33,018 nt of DNA. Source: a virus. The DNA lies in IMG/VR virus record IMGVR_UViG_3300044677_000044, positions 1 through 33,018 of that record; one strand, 5' to 3'. Below are positions 24,813-32,861 of this stretch, piece after piece. Below the pieces are notes generated by a model. It saw only the letters and a program-made list of their open reading frames with translations. It did no database searches and was not told where the DNA came from. The position numbers and the translations under genes were made by a program. Each line of letters starts with the position of its first letter. The first letter of the stretch is position 1.

Positions 24813-25022
24813 ATGCACACCCGCTGGAAGTCCACCGCGGTCACCTGCACCACGTGTGGGGTCGGCGCGCCGTTGCCAAAGGACCGGGATCATTCGGTTC
24901 TGTGGGGCGCCGGGTGGCGGTGGATCGGATCCCAGGATCTTTTCTCGTGCCCCGGCTGTCCGCCCGTGATCGTGGTCGACGAAGACGGCCGGCACATGCT
25001 CCCCCATTACTCGTCTTGGTGA
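24813..25022 (+). CDS. small Zn-ribbon protein
   Basis: CTTC...CPGC; GGAGGA RBS. Confidence 0.6.
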   Translation: MHTRWKSTAVTCTTCGVGAPLPKDRDHSVLWGAGWRWIGSQDLFSCPGCPPVIVVDEDGRHMLPHYSSW

Positions 25023-25489
25023 TGGCGCTCTCGCAGCATCTCCTGCGCGTGTTCCAGGGTGATCCGCCTGCTGACCGCGCGCTCTTCCTCGTTCGGGCGG
25101 GCATCTCGGCGGAGTGAGTATCGAGTGCGGCAAGCGAGGAGGTGGGACGGCTTGTCCGGGTAGGCGGCGAGCGGCGGCTCGTGACGCATCTCGGCGAGTT
25201 CCTCCAGCGTCGGTGTCGGCCGGGACTGTCCGGAATGGGGCGGCTCGAACGTGTTTCTGTAGGCGTACCGGTAGGCGCCGTCATCGGTGCGGCTCAGCCG
25301 TCCGAAACGGTCCGCCACTGGTCGATACTCGGCTGTCCGGAGTGGTTGTAGGAGGTCCAACGGGGAGTCGAAGTCGAGGCAGGCGATCGGCTGCTCGATC
25401 GGGATGAGGTACATCAACGGCGGGACGTCGTTGGGGACGGCGATGGAGCGGCCGTCATCGGGGCCGCCTACCAGATTGATGTTGATCAT
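25007..25489 (-). CDS. hypothetical protein
   Basis: GGGAG RBS; N-terminal LVGGPDDG motif. Confidence 0.65.
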   Translation of the reverse strand: MININLVGGPDDGRSIAVPNDVPPLMYLIPIEQPIACLDFDSPLDLLQPLRTAEYRPVADRFGRLSRTDDGAYRYAYRNTFEPPHSGQSRPTPTLEELAEMRHEPPLAAYPDKPSHLLACRTRYSLRRDARPNEEERAVSRRITLEHAQEMLRERHHQDE

Positions 25490-25623
25490 GAGCACTCCCG
25501 GGATGGTTGCTTGATGCTACGTGCGAGGAGGGATGAGCCCTGCCTATGGTCCGGTGGCCGTGGTAGGTGCTGGGTTCTGACCTGCGCGTTGCAGCGGAGC
25601 GGGGACTTCTGGTGGAGATCGGC

Positions 25624-25662
25624 GCAGGCACCCGTTATTTTCTTCCGATTTCTATAGGACCG
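25624..25662 (-). repeat. 39-bp inverted repeat, right copy
   Basis: Reverse complement is CGGTCCTATAGAAATCGGAAGAAAATAACGGGTGCCTGC. Confidence 0.9.
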
Positions 25663-25685
25663 CCCGCGCCCGGACATGACGAAGG

Positions 25686-25717
25686 GCCCCTCGCCCACCG
25701 GGTGGTGGGCGAGGGGC
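25686..25717 (-). terminator. terminator of the late/lysis operon
   Basis: 14-bp perfect stem GCCCCTCGCCCACC/GGTGGGCGAGGGGC, 4 nt after the stop at 25722. Confidence 0.8.
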
Positions 25718-25721
25718 TGGG

Positions 25722-26471
25722 TCAGGCGCGGCGTTGGTTGGAGAGCACGGGTGGCCGTGTCGTGGGCGGCGGCGGGCCGCTCGAGGTGAGGCGCCGGTAT
25801 GCGGCGGTCGTGGCGAGCGTTCCGATGCCGAGGAGGCCGCTACTGGCCGGGGACCCCGTGGGTGTGGGTGCGGTGTCCACGGTGCAGGTGTATCGGGGTG
25901 CGGACGGGTCGAAGTCGCCGGCGGGCGAGCAGGTGTAGGCGATGCCCGCCGGGTCGGTGTATGTCCAGCCCGCGGGGGGTTGGCCGTCCTTGCCGTCTTT
26001 CCCGTCGTCGCCGTCCCGGCCCGCAGCACCGGGATCGCCCTGAGGCCCTGCGGGGCCAGGGACGGTGGAGTCCGCACCAGGTGCACCGGCCTCGCCGGCC
26101 GGGCCGGGCACGGTCGAATCGGCGCCGGGGATTCCCTGGGGGCCTTCCGGTCCCGATGGTCCGGGGACGGGCGACGCCGCGGCGCCAGGGCTGCCGGCCG
26201 CGCCGGGCGCCCCCGCAGGCCCTGTCGGGCCAACCGCCGTCGGCCCGGGTTCTCCCCGGCTTCCCGGAGGGCCCGCGACCGGCTTGGCGCCGAGTTGCTG
26301 GACCTGACGGGACAGGGCGTCTCGGGCCGCGTTGGAGGTGCGCAGGTCGTGACTGATGCCCTGGACCCAGATGACGAGGCACGCGAGACCGCCCACGGCG
26401 ATCGTCACGAGGATCGCGAACCGTATGTCGGCGTGGTGCCGGGCCTTTGCAGGCGACACGTGATCACTCAC
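25722..26471 (-). CDS. collagen-like membrane protein of the lysis cassette
   Basis: N-terminal TM helix, coiled coil, Gly-X-Y repeats and a C-terminal pair of Cys. Confidence 0.85.
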   Translation of the reverse strand: MSDHVSPAKARHHADIRFAILVTIAVGGLACLVIWVQGISHDLRTSNAARDALSRQVQQLGAKPVAGPPGSRGEPGPTAVGPTGPAGAPGAAGSPGAAASPVPGPSGPEGPQGIPGADSTVPGPAGEAGAPGADSTVPGPAGPQGDPGAAGRDGDDGKDGKDGQPPAGWTYTDPAGIAYTCSPAGDFDPSAPRYTCTVDTAPTPTGSPASSGLLGIGTLATTAAYRRLTSSGPPPPTTRPPVLSNQRRA

Positions 26472-26848
26472 GAACCGGCCCCCTTCGCGGACAGATACAC
26501 GGTGAGCAGCAGGATCAGCACCGGGGCGATCAGTGCGGCGAAGATGAGGCGGCGGTCGGCGGCCCGCCGGTCCGCGATCCGCTGCTCTTCTTTCCGCTTC
26601 TTCTCGGCTTCGTCCCTCTGCTCCTTGTCGCGGGCGGTCTTCTCTGCCTCCCGCGCGGCCTCGATGCCGCGGACTCGCTCCATGAGTTGGCGGAACGTGT
26701 CGTCGCGGCCTTGCTGCTCGTAGGCGTAGCGCTCCGCGGACACCTTCTTTTCGAGGCTGACGCCCATCTCCCGGAGGTCTTCGCGTACGTTCGCGAACCG
26801 TTCGTCGAGGCGGTAGGCGAGTTCGCTGGCGGTCGGCTCATCAGGCAC
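26468..26848 (-). CDS. coiled-coil membrane protein (lysis accessory)
   Basis: Coiled coil plus a C-terminal TM helix; GGAGG RBS. Confidence 0.8.
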   Translation of the reverse strand: MPDEPTASELAYRLDERFANVREDLREMGVSLEKKVSAERYAYEQQGRDDTFRQLMERVRGIEAAREAEKTARDKEQRDEAEKKRKEEQRIADRRAADRRLIFAALIAPVLILLLTVYLSAKGAGS

Positions 26849-26897
26849 GGGAGCCTCCGATGGTGCAGCTGATCAGAGTGCGGATGATCGGGGAGGG

Positions 26898-27269
26898 TCA
26901 GGCGGCCGGCGGTGCCAGCGTGACCTTCGGCTTGGTGAGGGTCGGGGAGACCTGGCCGCGGGCGAGCAGGGTCAGGATGGCGAGCGCCGCGGTGTTGATC
27001 GCGCCGACGATGTTCTGCGGCACGTGGTACCCGAAGGTCGCGATGAGGGTGGCGCCGGCGGCCACGAGCGTGGTGAATGCCTGCGGTGCGATCGGCCGGG
27101 TGAGGACTGCGGCGATCGTGCCGAGGACCGCGGTGACGACGCCGACGATGGCGCCGGCCTGGTCGGTGGTCAGGCCGGTGAAGCCGAGGCTGACGATGAG
27201 GCCGAGGATCGCCGCGAGGGCGTTGAGCACGACGACCGGCTCGTATCCGAGGATCTTGAAGGTGGGCAT
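26898..27269 (-). CDS. putative holin
   Basis: 123 aa with four hydrophobic segments, an EP motif at the N-terminus and R..VSP at the C-terminus; downstream of the endolysin. Confidence 0.8.
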   Translation of the reverse strand: MPTFKILGYEPVVVLNALAAILGLIVSLGFTGLTTDQAGAIVGVVTAVLGTIAAVLTRPIAPQAFTTLVAAGATLIATFGYHVPQNIVGAINTAALAILTLLARGQVSPTLTKPKVTLAPPAA

Positions 27270-27296
27270 GGCAGTACCGTTTCTGCTGGTAGTTGA

Positions 27297-27638
27297 TCAG
27301 ACGGGCTGGGCGAGGGAGCGGCAGCCGATGACGGTGCCGGTGGAGTTGCGTACCTCGCGGTACGGGACGATGAGGTCGCTGCGGCGGTCGACCAGCGAGA
27401 TCGCGACCACGAGCGACACGACGTACAGCACGCCGTCCCGCTTGGGCGGCAGGTCGTGGGCGTGGCCGAACTCGACCAGCTCCACACCGCCGTTGCTGCC
27501 GAGCTCGATCGTGGCCAGCCGAGCGGGCACGGCCTCCGGCTCGATGACCTGCCGCAGGTGCAGCTCGAGGTCGTCGACGCCGTCCTCGCGCTCATCCGCG
27601 TACAGCCGGATGGGGTGCGGCGTGAGGTTGAGGATCAC
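27297..27638 (-). CDS. NLTPH-motif hypothetical protein
   Basis: MILNLTPHPI...LP...GVLYVVS...R.DL..P...VR...G..IGC; GTGA overlap with the endolysin stop. Confidence 0.8.
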   Translation of the reverse strand: MILNLTPHPIRLYADEREDGVDDLELHLRQVIEPEAVPARLATIELGSNGGVELVEFGHAHDLPPKRDGVLYVVSLVVAISLVDRRSDLIVPYREVRNSTGTVIGCRSLAQPV

Positions 27639-28531
27639 GCGACCACCGTGAAGCCGTGCTGGGCGCCGAGCTTGGTGAGCGACGCCTTGCCGGGGATGCC
27701 GTTGGCGTCGGCACCCTTGTAGCCGAGGTGCCGCTGCCACGCGGCGTAGGCCGTGAGCGTGGTGGTGCCGAAGCTCCCGTCGCCCGCGTACTTCGAGGCG
27801 AGCAGGCCCTCAGCGCGCAGCGCGGCCTCAACGAGGCGCACGTCGGCGGCATGCGTGGTGTGGCCTTGCTTGGCCTTGGGGTCCGCCTTCGCTGCGGCGA
27901 TCAGGTTGGACAGGTCGACGTGCGGCTTGACCGGAGGCTTCGGCGTCGGAGGCTTGGGCACGGGGGGCTTCGGCGGGGCGCCCTTCGCCGCCCACGCCTG
28001 CAGCGCGGCCTTGCTCGCGAAGTTCCCGAGGTCGTGGTCGATGCCGCCCGAGGAGCTGTACTGGTGGAAGGTCCAGGCGTGCTGAACCCGCGGGTGGCCC
28101 GCGGTCACGTCGGGGTCGGCGATCCACAGGCCGTCGCCGCAGAACGAGGTGTGGTCGCGGTTGAGCCAGAAGTCGCGGTTGCAGTAGAGGATCACCCGCT
28201 GGCCGGGCTGCTTGCCCTGCGCGGCCTTGATCCAGGTGTCCTTGTCCGCGCCGGAGACCCCGGTGTCCTCCCAGTCGAACCCGACGAAGTCGCCCGGCCT
28301 GATGTCGGCGTGGGCGAGGAAGTGGGCGAGCTGCGCGGCCATGTTGCCGGGCCGGACGAAGTGGTAGTGGCCGACGACCAGGCTCTCGGCGCGGGCGTGC
28401 GCGACCTGCGCGGTGTACTTCGGGTTGACGTAGTCGGTGCCCTCGGTGCACTTCACCACCACGAAGGCGAGGCCCTCGGTCGCGTAGGTGGCGGACTGGT
28501 AGGAGGCGATGTCGATGCCCTTGACGGTCAT
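27635..28531 (-). CDS. endolysin (GH25 muramidase plus peptidoglycan-binding domain)
   Basis: GIDIASYQ, KCTEG, GHYHF, DWE, a Pro/Lys linker, then DGSFG..T..AYAAWQ...ANGIPG. Confidence 0.93.
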   Translation of the reverse strand: MTVKGIDIASYQSATYATEGLAFVVVKCTEGTDYVNPKYTAQVAHARAESLVVGHYHFVRPGNMAAQLAHFLAHADIRPGDFVGFDWEDTGVSGADKDTWIKAAQGKQPGQRVILYCNRDFWLNRDHTSFCGDGLWIADPDVTAGHPRVQHAWTFHQYSSSGGIDHDLGNFASKAALQAWAAKGAPPKPPVPKPPTPKPPVKPHVDLSNLIAAAKADPKAKQGHTTHAADVRLVEAALRAEGLLASKYAGDGSFGTTTLTAYAAWQRHLGYKGADANGIPGKASLTKLGAQHGFTVVA

Positions 28532-28824
28532 GCTGGAATCCACTTTCCTTCGCGGACGAAACCGTGGGTGCTGCAGCACGGCCACAGCAGGCTGGGCTCC
28601 ATGTGCAGCGGCTCACGGGAGACGAGTTGGTGGTCCGGTGTGGCCTGCGCCATCCACCGGCCCTGCTGGGAGCACCAGTGCCAGAACCAGGGGTTCGGGT
28701 CGGACGGGTCGGCCGTTAGCTCGGCCGGGACCCAGCCGTAAGCGATATCGGGCGCGAGGTCGTGGACCTCGGTCCACCAGTCGCACCACTCGCTCGGCGG
28801 CGTGGCCCGATCCTTGACGCCCAT
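28528..28824 (-). CDS. hypothetical protein (HxC...PSL..CC..HGFV..G.W)
   Basis: Start MGVKDR at 28824, coupled on both sides. Confidence 0.7.
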   Translation of the reverse strand: MGVKDRATPPSEWCDWWTEVHDLAPDIAYGWVPAELTADPSDPNPWFWHWCSQQGRWMAQATPDHQLVSREPLHMEPSLLWPCCSTHGFVREGKWIPA

Positions 28825-29162
28825 CAGCCGAGCGCGGAGACGATCGCCCCGAACAGGGCGTCTTTGCGGCGCTGCTCTTCGGGCAGGTCTGCGTAGGCCA
28901 CGAGACACGGGTGTGTCTTGGCGCCGGCGTCCTTCGCCGCCCCGTGGGTCCATCCGTCGGCGCGCTTGAAGTCGCACCAGGCCTCATGGAGTTCCTCCGG
29001 GCTGGCCCCGGCGAGTGCCTGCCGGACCCCGTCGACTGCGCTGTCGCGCTGCCACTGGGGAGCGTCGTCCCACGGCGGTGAGGGGGCCGGGTCCCCGGTG
29101 GCGATCTGCCAGGCGCGGTTCGCGTCGTGGCAGACGCGGGCGATCGATTTGAGGGCGGCCAC
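28824..29162 (-). CDS. stand-alone RyR-domain protein
   Basis: HEAWCDFKRADGWTHG..KD...KTHPCLVAYADLPEEQRRKD matches the RyR repeat consensus. Confidence 0.88.
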   Translation of the reverse strand: MAALKSIARVCHDANRAWQIATGDPAPSPPWDDAPQWQRDSAVDGVRQALAGASPEELHEAWCDFKRADGWTHGAAKDAGAKTHPCLVAYADLPEEQRRKDALFGAIVSALG

Positions 29163-29163
29163 G

Positions 29164-30054
29164 TCACTGCCCCTGGGCTATCAGCGCGGCCCGCACGGCG
29201 GCGGCGACCTGCGCGCCGGTCGCACCGGCCGGGTCGGGCGCCGGGGTGGGCTGCGGCGCGGGCGGCTGCACGTCAGGGAACGGGTTGGCCTGCCCGCTCA
29301 TGACGGCGAAGTCCGCGCCCATGGTGTGCAGATCGATCCCGGTCGGGGTGGTGCCCTGCGCGTTCGCCCACTCCCGGGTGATGACGAACCAGCCCTCGCC
29401 CCAATATTTCCTCCGGAACGCGTCCGTGGCCGCCTGCACTGCCGCCCAGGTCACGCCCTTCCACAGGCCGTTGCCGTATCCCATGAACGGCACGCAGTGG
29501 CCGCCGATGATCCGGGCGCCCTTCACGACGTCCCAGACCTCGCCGGCGTTGAACTGGTCCTCGGCGCTGTCGGGCAGGTTGATGCCGGAGAGGATGCCGC
29601 CGAACAGGTCGATGGCGAGCTGGATCTCCGCGGGCTTGGAGATGTCGACCTCGCCGAACGCGAGGATCTCGTGACCGGCGAGGCCGTAGGCCTGCCAATA
29701 CTCCAGCATGCTCTGGAGGTTCACGCCGACGTCGGTGTTCGGGTGGCCCGGCCTGTAGCCGGAGACGGCCTCGTAGAACGCGAGGACGTCGTCCTCGTTG
29801 ACCTCGATGGTCTTGCCCTGCCCGTACCGGGTGATGGTCTCGATGAGGTGGCCGCTCCCCGCGGGGCCGCAGATTCCGAGCTGGTCGTTGAGGTACATCG
29901 GCCAGTCGGTGACGTCGCTGACCCAGTCCGCGGAGGCGGGCGCCACGGGCAGCGGGGTCTGCGGCGCGGGCTCGATTAGGTAGTCGGCGAGCCGCAGGCG
30001 CCGCCGGGCCGGCTGCGGGGGCTGGACACCGGGGCGGAACTTGACGTTGGGCAT
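29164..30054 (-). CDS. papain-like cysteine protease
   Basis: NDQLGICGPAG (Cys), GGHCV (His), then VTW. GGAGG RBS before ATG 30054. Confidence 0.75.
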   Translation of the reverse strand: MPNVKFRPGVQPPQPARRRLRLADYLIEPAPQTPLPVAPASADWVSDVTDWPMYLNDQLGICGPAGSGHLIETITRYGQGKTIEVNEDDVLAFYEAVSGYRPGHPNTDVGVNLQSMLEYWQAYGLAGHEILAFGEVDISKPAEIQLAIDLFGGILSGINLPDSAEDQFNAGEVWDVVKGARIIGGHCVPFMGYGNGLWKGVTWAAVQAATDAFRRKYWGEGWFVITREWANAQGTTPTGIDLHTMGADFAVMSGQANPFPDVQPPAPQPTPAPDPAGATGAQVAAAVRAALIAQGQ

Positions 30055-30066
30055 GGTGCCTCCGGG

Positions 30067-30097
30067 CATGAAGAAACCCCGGCCGGTCGGCGCGGGG
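30067..30097 (-). terminator. intra-operon hairpin terminator
   Basis: CCCCGGCC/GGCGCGGGG stem followed by TTTCTTCATGCCC on the minus strand. Confidence 0.45.
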
Positions 30098-30108
30098 CTG
30101 GTGGTGGG

Positions 30109-30351
30109 TCAGGCCGTGGCGGTGGCGTTGGAGCTCCACATCACATTGACCTGGAGGTCTTGGCCCGGCGCGAGGAAAGCGGCGATGGCCTCTTTGAGGG
30201 CGTCGACCCGATCGGTGAGGTCCTGATCGGACCAGTCGTTGACCTGGTCGGGTGTGAGGGTGGCGAAGGTGGAGATCCCGGCCTGGACGCTCTGGACGCT
30301 GACGGTGCAGGTCTGCTGCGGGTCGGTGAAGTCGGGGATGGTCAGCGGCAC
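30109..30351 (-). CDS. hypothetical protein (tail-associated)
   Basis: GGAAGGA RBS; follows the tailspike gene. Confidence 0.7.
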   Translation of the reverse strand: MPLTIPDFTDPQQTCTVSVQSVQAGISTFATLTPDQVNDWSDQDLTDRVDALKEAIAAFLAPGQDLQVNVMWSSNATATA

Positions 30352-30379
30352 GGGCGTGAGTCCTTCCCGCGGGGCGCGG

Positions 30380-32848
30380 TCACGCGATGCGTTCGATGGA
30401 CGCGGACGTCGCGGTGATGGTGTTGCTGCTGGACGCGGTGCCCCAGGTCGCGGTGAGCGCGAGGGTCTGGGCGGCGGTGGTGTCCTTGGTGGTGCCAGCG
30501 CCGGCCGTCATGGCGTTCGTGATGGTGGGGGTGCCGCTGCCGCCCGCGCTGATCCGGTCGGTGAGCGCGGTCTTCGCCCACCAGCTGCCGGAGGAACCGG
30601 TGCTGGTGCAGCCGAGGAGGATCTCGGCCTCGAACGTGCTGGACGCGAGCGCGGATGCGGTGGCGGCCGCGGCGCGCAGGGCGGCTGAGAACAGGCTGGT
30701 GCCGCCCAGCTGCACATCGAGGGCGAGTGTCGGTGTGCCCGTCGTGGAGGCGGTGCCGCGCACGGTGAGTTTGTAGACGCTGCCCGCGACGGCGTCGTTC
30801 GCGGGGATGCTGACGGAGGCCACTGCGGCGGCGGCCGTGGAGTTCGCCACGGTGGCGGTGGTGGTCGCGAGCGGGTTGACGAGGTTGGTGCCGGGCAGCG
30901 TGCCGCCGCCGCGGGCGTCGGTGGCTGGTGCCGCTCCCCCGGTGACGATTGCGTTCGCGGTCGTCCAACTGTTCCCGGACAGGTCGTTGGCGAGCACGGC
31001 GCAGCCGGTCGCGCCGGAGGACAGGCTCACACCGTTCACGGTGCTGCCGCCGTCCTTGTAGACCTTGTTGCCGACGGCGGTGGTGCCTGGTGCGGTGAGG
31101 CGCAGGCCGGCGCTGGCCGCAGCGCGCACGGTGTTGCCGGTGATGGTGGCCTGCCCGCCGGCGGACGTTGCGGCGCCGACGGCGATTCCGTGGTTGGCGG
31201 AGGTGGTGTCGACGATGTTGTTCGCGATGACCGCGCCTGCGGAGCCGGCGGCGTTGATGCCGTTGCTGCCCGCGGCCGACACGGAGTTGCCGACGATCGA
31301 GGCCCGCACGGACTCCTGGGCGAGGACCCCGCCCTGGCTGGTGGTGTCGGTGCGGTTGCCCTGGATGACGACGCCGGGGGCGTAGTCGGCGCGCACACCG
31401 TAGCCGGTGGCGTTGCGCACGATGTTGCCGCGGACGACGACGTCGGTGAGGGTCGCGGCGGCGACTCCGTCGATCCAGATTCCGGCGTCCGAGCCGCTGG
31501 ACTCGATGATGTTGCCCTCGATGGTCAGGCCGTTCACCGTCTGGGTGACGGTGGCGTCGGTGACGGCGAGGATCCCGGCGGCAGTGGTGCCGGAGATCTT
31601 GTTGTTGGCGATGACGGAGTCGCGCCAGTACATCGCGCGGATCCCGACGTCCGCGCTGGTGCCCCAGATCTCGCAGTCCCGGACGGTGATCCGGTCGAAG
31701 TACGAGGCGGACACCGCGCCGTGTGTGCCGATGGCCCGGCCGGCGGAGCCGAGGCGTGTCGATGGTCCGAACCAGCAGCCGGAGAAGAGGATGTCGCGGC
31801 AGGGCGTGCCGTCGAACTCGCCGATCGCGGAGTTCCCGGTCTTCGCGAGGTCGATTTCGACGAACTCGCTGGTGGCGCGGGAGCCGTCGCCGCTGTTGTC
31901 GATGAACCCCTCGAAGCGGCAGTTGGTGATCCTGGCCATGGACACGGCGTTGAGTTCCAGGGCGTGCGCGCTGCTGGTGTCGCGGAACACGGCGTCGTGG
32001 ACCCACACGTTCTGGCTGTGGATGAACGTCATGATGTTCGTCGTTGCCGTGACCACGCCCGTGCTGTCGGCGGCCTTGTAGGCGTTGCCGTCCCACACTC
32101 CGCCGAGCACGGTGATGTTGTTGTAGCCGGCGTAGCCGCTGAGGTCGCTGTCGCCGTAGAAGTTGCGGAAGCATCCGGTCGTCGCGTGGATCGAGCGGAT
32201 CGTCGCGCCGTAGGCGATGACGGTGGTGTTCGAGCGGGCCACCATGAACGAGCTCACGCAGTAGGTGCGGCCCGGTGGCAGCAGCACGACCCCGCCGCCC
32301 GCGGTGAACGCGGCATCGAGGGCGGCCTGGATTGCGGCGAGGTCGTCGGTGATGCCGTCACCGACCGCCCCGTACGCGGGATCGAGGACGTTGTGCCAGC
32401 GTGCGGCGTCGAGGGTCGACAGGCCAGTGACGGGCCCGGTGAAGGCCGTCGCCCCGTCGAAGGTGACGTCGCCGGTGATCGTGCCCCCGGCGGTGCGGTC
32501 CAGTTTGTCGTCGACGGCGGTCTGCGCGGCCAGCGCGGCCTGCAGAGCGGAGGTGGCGACCTCGCGGCCGGCCTCGTACCACCGCACCGGGTCCCCTCCG
32601 ACATCGAGGTACTCGTACTCGATGGCCTGCGGAGCGCACTTGAAGGCCCGGACGGCGCCGGGCGCCGGGGAGTCCGCGGCGTTGGACCGCATCTGGGAGA
32701 TCGGGGTGGTGCCGTCGTCCTCGTAGAGGGCGGTGACGAGCTCCCCGGACCCTGCGATACGGATGTTGACGGGGTAGTCCGGGACGACGTGTCCGGCGAT
32801 GTCGGTGAGCACGTCGGATGGGGATCCGCCGTAGGTGTAGAGCGTCAC
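30380..32848 (-). CDS. tailspike / receptor-binding protein with pectate-lyase-like right-handed beta-helix
   Basis: NVLDPAYGAVGDGITDDLAAIQAAL followed by repeated I.GN.I beta-helix rungs; N-terminal virion-attachment region. Confidence 0.88.
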   Translation of the reverse strand: MTLYTYGGSPSDVLTDIAGHVVPDYPVNIRIAGSGELVTALYEDDGTTPISQMRSNAADSPAPGAVRAFKCAPQAIEYEYLDVGGDPVRWYEAGREVATSALQAALAAQTAVDDKLDRTAGGTITGDVTFDGATAFTGPVTGLSTLDAARWHNVLDPAYGAVGDGITDDLAAIQAALDAAFTAGGGVVLLPPGRTYCVSSFMVARSNTTVIAYGATIRSIHATTGCFRNFYGDSDLSGYAGYNNITVLGGVWDGNAYKAADSTGVVTATTNIMTFIHSQNVWVHDAVFRDTSSAHALELNAVSMARITNCRFEGFIDNSGDGSRATSEFVEIDLAKTGNSAIGEFDGTPCRDILFSGCWFGPSTRLGSAGRAIGTHGAVSASYFDRITVRDCEIWGTSADVGIRAMYWRDSVIANNKISGTTAAGILAVTDATVTQTVNGLTIEGNIIESSGSDAGIWIDGVAAATLTDVVVRGNIVRNATGYGVRADYAPGVVIQGNRTDTTSQGGVLAQESVRASIVGNSVSAAGSNGINAAGSAGAVIANNIVDTTSANHGIAVGAATSAGGQATITGNTVRAAASAGLRLTAPGTTAVGNKVYKDGGSTVNGVSLSSGATGCAVLANDLSGNSWTTANAIVTGGAAPATDARGGGTLPGTNLVNPLATTTATVANSTAAAAVASVSIPANDAVAGSVYKLTVRGTASTTGTPTLALDVQLGGTSLFSAALRAAAATASALASSTFEAEILLGCTSTGSSGSWWAKTALTDRISAGGSGTPTITNAMTAGAGTTKDTTAAQTLALTATWGTASSSNTITATSASIERIA

Positions 32849-32861
32849 GCGCGGGCCCCTC

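Noticed and set aside
13062-25662. Classical IS/Tn3 transposon or hairpin telomere defined by the 39-bp repeats
   Set aside because: No DDE transposase, target duplication or GGGG ends. The repeat is not itself a palindrome and no protelomerase motif set was seen.
25990-26275. Repetitive DNA in the collagen-like gene
   Set aside because: Explained by Gly-X-Y coding, including a duplicated PGADSTVPGPAG.
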